Part shown: in pieces, positions 54,801-64,000 of the stretch
How the letters are laid out: every line of letters begins with the position of its first letter
How positions within the stretch are numbered: position 1 is the stretch's first letter
From: Fimicolochytrium jonesii
Lineage: Eukaryota
DNA length: 64,000 nt
Direction: 5' to 3'
Assembly (NCBI RefSeq): GCF_025526975.1
Contig: NW_026515668.1
Span: forward strand, 992,001-1,056,000
Notes under the pieces: model-generated
Told to the model about the DNA's origin: nothing
Databases searched by the model: none
The model's input: the letters and a program-made list of their open reading frames with translations, nothing else
Program-made: the position numbers and the translations under genes

Positions 54801-55753
54801 GTTGATGATTGCCCTAAACAAGGACAGCGTGTGGTCCTACAACCAACCCGTCTCAAACGCGAATCAAGGCACCTGCACCGTCTCCCACGCCGATTGCTTT
54901 CTCAGGATGGAACCCAAAACCGTGGAAAACAGTCTGAAAGGGAAGCAACCCGCCCTTGAGGACTTCCCCGAGATTCGTTGGATGTGTTGCTTTGGCGAGC
55001 CTCCGGAGCCGGAGCCATTGTTAAAGGATGAAGTGTGGTGGAATCACCTGACGACGCAGTCCCAACAGACGGAGTGGCTGCAGTTGATCGCCAATGAAAT
55101 GGAGATCATAGCCCCGGCCCGCACTCAACCCGTCTCACATGCAGACCAAGGCACCCGCTCAGCCAACACCACCCGCGCTCAACGCACCCGCTCCGCCAAC
55201 ACCACTTATCTCGTCTCACACGCCGATCAAGGCACCTGCTCCGCCACACACCACCCGCACTCAACCCGTCTCACACGCCGATCAAGGCACCCGCACGCGA
55301 CCCGTCCCTCTGCAAAGGGCGCAACCTTGCCCCGTCAGGCTGCCTTCGCTGCCTTCGCTGCATTTGCTGAAGGTGTGGGTGACCGGTGATCGGGGACTCA
55401 CGATCCGCAGCCAAGTCGACGATGGCTATCGGGTCAAATTTTGTCCGGTCCGCCGAATTGAACTCAACGACCAGGAACGCTTCTTGACGTTCCATTTCTC
55501 GGAAGGAACTGAGACGCTGAACGTGGAAACCCCATCAATCAACCCGAGTCAGCCGATCAAGGCCCCCATATGTCCATGGCAGCAAACCTGCATGGATCTG
55601 GTTGCCGCTGGCTCCCTGAGGGTCAAAGTTTTGGAAGAATGCATCGTCAACAAACAATTGAACGGCTTCATCAACCTGACCAGACGCCACAATGAAAACC
55701 AACCCCCGGGAATCAACATCAGCCATGCACAAATCCTCACGCTTGAGGATTGA
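51848..55753 (+). pseudogene. Divergent UPF1/NAM7-like SF1B helicase with N-terminal Cys/His (CH) zinc domain; frameshifted (transposon cargo)
   Basis: CH-like CVVC...CRLCDVYLCN...HVVAHMRITGH...CQDH..TNPYTLFF; helicase motifs GWPGVGKT, ILVTSNSNAGV, IIADEAS, LLGDPNQLRP, LRTQFQ, TCDMFQGSEYDIVILSLVRA, RVNVAFSCAR. Frame breaks near 53380-53420, about 54500 and about 55300. Confidence 0.78.
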
Positions 55754-56117
55754 AATGTATCTTTAGATACTTAGGTAGACTATCTAGCATAGTAGGGGCA
55801 AACATGGCGCACATCGCCGGAATGTACTTTAAAAGCGCAAAGTTAGGAGTAGCATGGGCGCATGGAATATCAACAAATACGATATATGTACAAATAAGTC
55901 CATGGTCAGGGTTGAATCAAACACTTCATTCCGAGCGTTCCTCTAGAGAAATCGAAACAAAACACGCTTTATCACACATGAATGCCGCCGCCCGCCCTGT
56001 CCTTTCTCGAGATGCAACGCTATCCTGAAACCGGGAGGAAAGAAGAAACGCCGTCAAGCAAGGGAACCCTCTGCAGCATCCAGAAACGTTGCTACCATGT
56101 CACGCAAAGTCTTTGGA

Positions 56118-57763
56118 CTATGCTGCAATGCCATTCTCTATCATATGAGTGACGAAGGCCACCATATCCATGTACGGTTGCCTACCGTGGGTGTCTTCGA
56201 AGATTCCCGCGGGGATTGTAGCTCGGAGGAGGTTGTACTGTCCTTGAGTTACAGGGCACTGTATCTTCTGCACTTTGACATGGTCGTATTTGTCTTCATC
56301 ACTGTCCTCATCGTAATTCCCACCCTATAGTCCTCCCATTGCCCTTGGAGTTCATTGGCAACATGCAATACATCGGTGTCGAGAGAGGCATCTCCGCTCA
56401 ACCTTTTCAATTCCATCCCCTCAATCCAGAGCTGTCGCGGGGTTCGGTTGTTTGTATAGGGACCCTTGATACTATGGTGATTCCATTTCCCTACGAACTC
56501 GTACGAGTACATTTGAATGAGGAGCAGGTATATGTAGTGCAAACACCACATCTGCAACTCGTCATCATGGGATAAATCTCCGTTATGTTCCAGCGCGCGC
56601 CAGCTGGCGCAAAATATTCTACCGACATTTCTTTGCACGTCCTTCCAGAGGCGTTCGATGCGTTGATTGTGAACGGACTTGCCTGTCAGGAATGAGGTTG
56701 GGTTTCCTCGAGTTACCTCCATCATGAAGTCGCGGATGCCGAGGTTTTCGCTGCCTTTGTCGCATCGGACGCGTTGGGGACAACCCAACTCCGCAAGGGC
56801 TTTTACAAAGGGTGCCAGCACGGTTTCTTTCCGGTTATTGTCCGCGACTTGGAGATGCGTAATCAACCTAGTTTTCCCATCGAGGCCACCATGAACGACA
56901 AATCTCCAGTTGATCAGCTTGTGCCATCCATCCATATGCCACAGTGACTTAGGATGAGCCACCCAGTATTCCACTCGCTCAATCTTCTTTTTAGTGCGGG
57001 CATCGACTCCTGTTGGGTCCACCAGGCCAAGTACATCCCAAACCCGTTGCCTCGTCACGCGGTAACCTCGCATCCTCAGGTCACCTTGCAACAGTTGGCC
57101 TCCGTCATGAACCACGAATGTTGCCTTCAGGTCACGGACGAGTAGTTCCAAATCCTCGTCCGATATCTGCCACCAATATTCGCGCCGGCTAAGATTTAAG
57201 CGTTGAAGCCGCCGCTTGATTGTGGCCTCACTGACGCCCATATACATGGCAATCACGCGGTTGGAGAGGCCCTCTCTGTACCAGTGGAGCATCTTCGTTT
57301 CGTCGATCTCTGCGGGCGGCCGCCCTCTTGGCCGGTATTCCTTGTCCTCTTCCTGTTCATCCGAGTTGTCGAATGACTCGTGCCAGCCGGCGGCTGCGGC
57401 TGGGCTCCATACGCCGGGCGGACTTTCAAGTCGCTCAAGAACGGTCCCCACCTGCCACCGGGCTTGATCCAGAAGGATGGTGAAGAAGTTCGGGTTCCGG
57501 TCATCCTCGCCGCCAAAGTGACCTAGAAGTGTAGACAATCGACGGTGGTGTTTGTCGACAACAGTTTGCTCCACATATTCCCCATGGTCTCTCCTCTCCG
57601 CTATGTCTCGAGCTTGGCGCATCATATCAAGTATGCTTTCTAAGAACCATTCTGTTTCGGTCCACTGCCACCCGCTCAGAATAGAAGCTATACGCAAGGC
57701 CTTGCAGGTCAAGAACAAGTCGATTACCCGTCCGTCTTGACAATAAAGCGAAAACTTACCCAT
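56118..57763 (-). CDS. IS3EU/IS481-like DDE transposase (HTH + integrase core); probable 1-nt frameshift near 56315 cuts off the natural C-terminus
   Basis: HTH GLSNRVIAMYMGVSEATIKRRL; triad WHMDGWHKL / RVRCDKGSEN / GKSVHNQRIERLWKDV; WNHHSI..RTPRQLW. An alternative frame continues YDEDSDED..VKVQKIQCPVTQGQ...GRQPYMDMVAFV to a stop at 56118. Confidence 0.88.
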
Positions 57764-57942
57764 GGTTTACAGTTAGGGACAGCTTGACCCTGAGGATTCG
57801 TTCGATGTGCTTAGTATGAGCGATGGCTATAAGAGTATTTGTCGCACTTTGGGTGGTCGGTTTCGCAAGGCGTTAGCACAGATAGCAGTTAGTAACAGAC
57901 CTCCGGCTGTTACCAGCTGTGAGTTATCTGTAAATTGTCTGC

Positions 57943-57976
57943 TTACGTAAGAATTTTCCTGGGAAATCTTACGTAA
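57943..57976. promoter_or_regulatory. 34-bp palindromic site 3
   Basis: ttacgtaagaattttcctgggaaatcttacgtaa. Confidence 0.8.
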
Positions 57977-57996
57977 GCAGAGAGACAAAACCGACT

Positions 57997-58118
57997 GTCA
58001 CTATCAAAACGTCCAAAAAAAGTTTCGGAATCCTGCACTTCTCGAAAAAGATGTTGGGACGCGCGATCCAACGCAAAAAATATCCAAAATCCATTTATGA
58101 CCCTGAATGCTCCCCATA
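57997..58118 (-). repeat. Right terminal inverted repeat
   Basis: Reverse complement of 36241-36362, ending gctccccata. Confidence 0.92.
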
Positions 58119-58162
58119 AAAGCCTTCTATGGCGTTGTCGTTGCCCACTACCGTCAAACATT
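58119..58162 (-). repeat. Inverted copy of 35924-35967 (right half of the transposon target site)
   Basis: aaagccttctatggcgttgtcgttgcccactaccgtcaaacatt is the exact 44-bp reverse complement of helicase last-exon sequence 22 kb away. Confidence 0.92.
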
Positions 58163-58367
58163 CAATACTGTCGATGGCCGCCGATGGCCGCCGACGCTGT
58201 CAAAACACGCTAATTGAAGGCATGCCTTTGTATGATTTAAGCTTAACGCTGGACCGCGACAGGCCATGTCAACCTGCATGTCAAGAGTTCATATATAGAA
58301 GGCATTGAATTGAATCGAAAAACAAACGTCAAAGCGATCGAGATAAATACAGGAAGAAAAGCTGCTT

Positions 58368-60036
58368 TTAAATGTTATTTAGGTTGCATAAGGCTTTCTC
58401 TAACTCGAAGATTGTCAGATCATCGACGAAGGTTGCTTCTCCGATTCCGTGCATCAGAGGGGTGCGCTGAAACCCCCCTCGGCCAGCCGTAACATCCTTC
58501 AAGCTTTGCGCGCAGCAGGAAGATGTCAGCTTGGGATGGGAGATGGCCAACCCGAGATTCCTCATAAGGTTGATAACCCGCACGGCTTCCGCTGAAGAAA
58601 GTAGGCCTCGGTTCCGGGCAACGATTGTCGTCAACGCCATGTCTATGCAGACTGCTTCTCCATGCAACAGCGACGACTCGGAGGAAAGAGCGGCCATTTC
58701 CAGACATGGGGAGAACGTGTGACCGTAATCCACAACACGACGGAGGTTGAACTCCCATAGGTTAGGCTACAGCCAGAAGCAGTCAGTAGAAGCAAAACGA
58801 CAGACTCTGCAAAGCTTCTCGTACCTCTAATTCCTCCAGCATTCCTTGGATTGCCCGTCGCATTATTTCTTCGCTGTTCAAGTAAACATCGCCTTTAAAG
58901 GAGGAGGGGTCCTTCGCCATTTCCTCCAGCAGGACGAAAAGTTTGTAATCTTTAACACATGCCATCTTGAGGATTTCCGCGGAACCATTTCGGACATGGC
59001 GGTCAGCGAGGGTTCTGAGGAAGCTGATGTCAACGAAGACAGCCAGCGGGGCACAATAAGTCCCGATCTTGTTCTTGCCGCCGTTGAGATTGACGGCCGT
59101 CTTCACACCGACTGCCGCATCAACCATTCCTATCAGGGTGGTGGGAACCTTGATGATGGGGGTATTGCGGCGATACAGGTTCGCCGCCAGACCAGCAATG
59201 TCGAGCGTTACTCCGCCACCAATAGCTATGATCGGCTCTCTGCGTCTGCAACGTGTTTACAACATGTGTAAGTTCGTACATGTGATCATGGATATCGGGA
59301 AGAGACAGAAAGTACCTGTCAATGTTGAACTTCTGCATCGCCGTGCAAATGGACAGCACCTGCTCAATGTTCTTGTTTTCCTCGTCCGGTTTGATGCGAT
59401 GGAGGGCTATCTGAACATTGTGATGGGCGAAGTACTGGACGAGGAAAATCAGTGGTGTCGGCGTAGATGGTGCATACAATGGGGCAGAAGATCTAACCTG
59501 CTGCAATGCGGCGTTATACAAATCGCACACATTTGCGTCAATAACTATGAACCGACGAACTTGCGTGGCGGATGACGGAAGAGAAGTGGCTGTGCTTAAC
59601 TGTGGAGGGTGTGCATCATCAACTGTGCGCAGAAGTGTCTGTAAAGAAGGCTTCAGCGTCGAAATAACCAGAAATCTATAGTCATGCAAATCGTTTGGGC
59701 AACATGAAACTAGACAGTTTGCAATACCTTGTTGACAATATCGAAGAGGGGGGTAACCACTTCGATGGTGTACCTCACGGGCATGACAGCTTCGACCATA
59801 AAGGTACCGGTGCTAAGCCCATCCAACCCATTCCCAGCCAAGCCATTCAAGCCGACAAGATTGCACTCGGGATGGTGTTGAAATTTCACGACCGATGCAT
59901 CCTCTTCCGCAATGCTCACACCACTATCCCTGCGGAAGTCAGCATTGACCTTGGTTTGCAGCAGTATTTTATCGGTGGTCTGTTCCATTTGAACGTGAAG
60001 GGGCACTGCCACTAGTGCGTTGTCGTTGAAAGGCAT
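58368..60036 (-). CDS. EEVS: Sedoheptulose-7-phosphate cyclase, 2-epi-5-epi-valiolone synthase (EEVS) type, multi-exon
   Basis: RRFIVIDANV; EENKNIEQV; AIGGGVTLDIAGLAANLYRRNTPIIKVPTTLIGMVDAAVGVKTAVN; KNKIGTY; NGSAEILKMA; MLEELE|PNLWE..LRRVVDYGHTFSP; LHGEAVCIDM. The MLEEL and DxGHTFSP fingerprints are EEVS-like, not the DDGS-type MLELE and AYGHTWSP. Confidence 0.85.
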
Positions 60037-61047
60037 GACGAATTGATGAGATGTCGCCACTGTTGGCCGGGATGGTAGGTATTCTCAATTATTCTCAAGC
60101 AAGTCGATGAGAACGGCTCTATTTGTCGATGTATGTCGCCCTGGGCAACTTTATAGATATCGGTTTCGGGGGAAGTTCTTCCTCGGGTCTTTTTCCCATC
60201 TTCTCCCGCTGTTGCATGTTCTCTCCATCTCGCATTTTTTTCCGCTGTATCTCATCAGCAAACTGGACCGATTCCTTCACTGCAGTCTTGCAAGAGGGGG
60301 GTGTTACATGTGCCATCTGGCCATTTCATGTTCAGCCGCCTTGACCAGGCACGATCGTCGCCCGCCGAGCCCAATCTGTCGCCTTCCACTGGACGGATAC
60401 CCTAGGGAAGCCCATGGGATCATGAAGCTAACAGGATCTGTGGTACGGGGTGGAAAATCATCAGGTTTCGACAGCGCGTGCGCCGTCAAAGGGCAATTTC
60501 CACGCATAGACCCGTCACAAAATCTATATAGAATTGAAATTTGAGACACCTATACGCCTGATATGAAGAATCTACCAACCTCCAAGGGGCCAGTTGGAGA
60601 TTAAGAGTCCTGGTGCAGCGGGTTCTACATGAGCATAACATTTTCCGCAATTAAGGGTGATGATGGCGGCAAACAGGTGTTGCGGCGGGAGTTGCGAGCT
60701 TATCTCTTGGTATCCCCCGCTACTTTTTCCGCCGAGCTCTGCTACATGTGATCGTTGAGGAACGCCTCCGAGGGGGTACATCATGATTCTTGATAATGAA
60801 TGCCCTTGCAGGTTGCAGCGTGTCACCTGCGACAATGAATCTTCGAAGTTTTTGCCTTGCCGTCGGGGAGGGTTTTTCCGTGCGCCAGTATGTATCTTGA
60901 TACCTTGGTAACAGGACGAGCGATCATAGAGCCTGAGGGGGAATAAATGGTAGCAAAAAAAGGAGCAGAAACTTCGAAAAGTGGTTCATATAATTCTGAG
61001 GAGAGACTACGATCTGCCTAACTACTGTCCATTGCATTTGCTTCAAC

Positions 61048-63196
61048 ATGCCACCATCAGCGTCAACGGGTCGGTCTGGGTCTTTGAGTAGCGTCGACAA
61101 CAGGAGTATCGCTAGCCACTTAGCCCTGCCGTCTGGAAGGGCGGCAGACACACCGCTGGAAATCGCTGCGTGCCTCCTCCGCCGCAGCCTTGAGAGCCCC
61201 AATGAACTGGATTTCGTGAAACAGGCTTTGCATATTATAGAAGGAATCGATGAATACACCGCCGCTGCTTCAACCCCGGCTAGTGACTCGTTACTGAAGC
61301 ATGTGGAGACAACAATGCGACAAGATTGGGATGCGGTTTATCAAAATGTATGTGAAGTCTTTGGCGCTGCTGCTTGCCTATGTGTTATGCCATCGCCTGA
61401 GATTGCATATATTTTCAAACAGGGGCATACAAAGTTTCACCAATCAGCCAATTGTTGCGCCGGCAGTTTTGAGGCTGCCTTTGTGTCCTCCATGGTGTCC
61501 GCCACTCGAGCTACGCGAGTTTTGGAAGTGGGAATGTTTACTGGAACCACAACAATGGCTATAGCCGAGGCATTGCCAACGCATGGCAAGGTGGGTGCGT
61601 CGCGGCTCTTGATCCGAATGGTGATCGCATATTGATTTTCTTCAAAAGGTCTACACATTGGAGATTGAACCCTACTTGGCGAAACTTGCGCAAAACGCTT
61701 TTGATGCTGCAAACTTAGCGGACAAGATTGAGATCAAGCTCGGAGACGGAGCCGAGTCGCTTAGCAACCTTGCTCATCAGGGCATTAGTTTTGATCTGAT
61801 TTTCATCGACGCGGACAAGCAGGGATATCGAAAATACTATGATACCATCATGAAGAGCGGCCTGCTCTCTCCCAAAGGAACATTGATTGTTGACAATACA
61901 CTCTTCAAGGTACGTCTGAGACTGCTCGACTGCCGGACTGAGAAAACTCGACTGCTAACACTGGTTAAAGGGAAAGTACCTCTTGAATCAACCAGTTTCC
62001 GATGACCCGAACGCAGAAGCGCTTCGCCTGTTCAATCAGCACGTGCTGTCCGACAAGCGAGTCTCAGTAGTTGTGCTTCCCATTCGCGACGGTGTGAGTG
62101 TGATCACTCGGCGAAGGTTTGTTCCTTTCTGCTTTCCACCTTTAATGAGGCCTGCGTAACTCGTCTTATGCCCTTCCTCTTAGCAGTCAGCAACCCGATG
62201 CATCGAGCGATTCCGTCATTTTAGGCGAAGGAGGACTTGACATACTTCAACGACTAAAACTTTCGGACAAAGTATCCCTTGTGACTGGTGCGGGGCAGGG
62301 AATTGGAAGGGCATTCGCGCATGCGCTGGGCGAGGCTGGTGCGGCCGTCGCTGTGGTCGATATAGCGAAAGTCAAGGCAGAAGTGGTGGCGAAAGAGTTG
62401 AAGGCTAAGGGCATTAGGAGCATAGCTGTTGGAGCCGATGTTACGAAGAAATCAGATTGTGTTCGGTGAGCAATGACGTATTGCATCCCATCGATGTTCC
62501 TGACACTAATGTCCAATGTTCCAGAATGGTCGAAGAAACTCTCACTGCGTGGGGCCACCTGGATATTGCGGTGAATAACGCCGGAGTGAACTTCAACGGT
62601 GCTGCGGAAGACATTACCGATATTCAGTGGGATACAACGTTCAATGTCAACACGAAGGGCGTGCTCTACTGCTGCCAGGTCCGCGCTGCCTCCTCAATAT
62701 TGGCAAAATTGGTATGGTGCTGACTCAAGATGTTCCGACAGGCTGAGGCGAGATACATGCTACAAAGTCAGCGACCTTGCTCCATCATCAACACCGCGAG
62801 CATGGCCACTCTTCTTGTGCCGCACCCGCAGAAACAGGCGGCATATAATAGCAGTAAAGCTGCCGTTGTTAAATTGACGCAAAGCCTTGCGGTCGAATGG
62901 GCTGACCGAGGCGTACGAGTAAACGCTATCAGTCCTGGAATCGTAAACACTGCTCTGATCCAGGTTGGTAGTAGCATTGGAGCGCTTCACGTCGTAGATG
63001 TGCTGACGACAAATATCCGGAACAGGAAAACCCAGATCTCAAGCCTCTCGTGAAGACTTGGCTGGGCCAAATCCCGCTGAATCGCCTTGCTGAGGTTACA
63101 GATCTGCAGGCGGCCGTAGTGTATTTGGCCTCGGATGCAAGCTCGTATCTAACTGGGCAGAACTTAGGCATTGAGGGAGGACAAAGTGTGATCTAA
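61048..63196 (+). CDS. MT-Ox: O-methyltransferase / short-chain dehydrogenase fusion (MT-Ox), 8 exons: 61048-61347, 61423-61590, 61649-61909, 61971-62116, 62184-62465, 62525-62678, 62742-62963, 63026-63196
   Basis: OMT motifs [44 protein letters not shown] motifs [27 protein letters not shown]. Intron 62117-62183 joins the two in frame, and the SDR has no in-frame ATG of its own before its first motif. Confidence 0.88.
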
Positions 63197-64000
63197 GCTC
63201 TGAAGTATATTGCCTAGATGCTCATGCAATCCCCATCTTGGTTCCTGGCATTGCAGTTTTCATGCTCGGATATTGAGGAAACACTTCCATTTAGCCCGCT
63301 GCAGCGCGCCATCATGGGAGAATCCTTGCTCTCAATCAACAGGGTTCATTTGACAGGTCCCAAAGACGACGCGCTGTCGATTTCTCTCACGGTTTCGATT
63401 TTCCGCTATTATTTTCCAATGACGTTCAGATATCCCGTTGTGCCGAACCTGACGTCCACCTTGCGTATTCGTATATAACGGAAGCAGATTCTCTTTGTTT
63501 TCCTGCCGCGCGCGCGGCGTCAGCAAAAGTATCCCGAAGCATGAGTATCATTTGACACAGAGTGTCAAATATATGGCGCCTTCGGTATTTGGGCGGTCAA
63601 CCAGTGGGGTAGCGGCGTAGGCTGTGAGGATCTCTCTGAGTTATCGTCGCTCGGTATGGCGTACGTTTGCCCCAAGTGAGAATGAAGTAACGTTTATAGC
63701 TATATCCCCTCATTTTCGGTATTCGACAGCTTACAACATGGACGACAACGTGACAAGTCTACCGCCTTCGTCATTAGGATGTCACACCCGACGGCTATAG
63801 GCGAAGGTGAACGAAGATGTGCGGAGAGGGAAGCAGGAGAATGCGACTTTGATGGGAGCTTTTCCGCTCCGATGCCATGGCATGGATCCTTGACGAGGGG
63901 GATATAGGATTGGGCATGTTCGAGCGCCCCGGCGTGTGAGCAAACAGCAGCCGTTCCCGAAGTCCATGCACAGGCCGATTGCCTTTTTTAAAGCGAATCA

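Larger units (their letters stand above)
36241..58118 (-). mobile_element. Giant cargo-carrying DDE DNA transposon (IS3EU/IS481-like), 21.9 kb including a nested LTR element (about 16.7 kb without it)
   Basis: 122-bp imperfect TIRs with TAT...ATA termini; integrase-core DDE transposase next to the right TIR; flanks rejoin into a contiguous sequence with AAA duplicated. Confidence 0.85.

Noticed and set aside
36241..58118. Starship, Helitron or Polinton identity for the large element
   Set aside because: No tyrosine recombinase captain, HUH Rep/PIF1 helicase, protein-primed polymerase or capsid was seen. The element has TIRs and a DDE transposase.
58368..60036. 3-dehydroquinate synthase, or DDGS of a mycosporine cluster
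   Set aside because: Fungal DHQS is normally part of the pentafunctional AROM protein. The motifs are MLEEL/DYGHTFSP rather than NxGHT (DHQS) or MLELE/AYGHTWSP (DDGS), and the partner is an OMT-SDR fusion with no ATP-grasp gene visible.

Overview
Eukaryotic, intron-rich, gene-dense genomic DNA, most likely from an early-diverging (chytrid-like) fungus. This is inferred from the fungal-type ubiquitin and QCR8, short GT-AG introns, and retention of EAPP and ELM1. Bases 1-28 kb are mostly housekeeping genes: TAF13, a HERP-like UBL membrane protein, QCR8, a RAD5/HLTF-like SNF2-RING helicase, an ELM1-like gene, EAPP, a GPI-anchored protein, pentaubiquitin and a bZIP factor. Bases 29.4-63.2 kb are accessory-looking and hold three notable things. 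(1) An intact 6-exon gene of about 2071 aa that fuses a UvrD-type helicase, a Cas4/RecB-like Fe-S nuclease and a DNA2/UPF1-type helicase in one chain. (2) A 21.9 kb DNA transposon (36241-58118) with 122-bp TIRs and an IS3EU/IS481-like DDE transposase. Its cargo is a HECT E3 ligase, a MADS-box protein, a UPF1-like helicase and unknown ORFs, plus three 34-bp palindromes and a nested chromovirus LTR retrotransposon. (3) A divergent EEVS + methyltransferase-oxidoreductase (MT-Ox) gene pair, the architecture of the vertebrate-type gadusol sunscreen pathway rather than the usual fungal DDGS/mycosporine cluster. All family assignments come from motif recognition by eye; no database searches were run.
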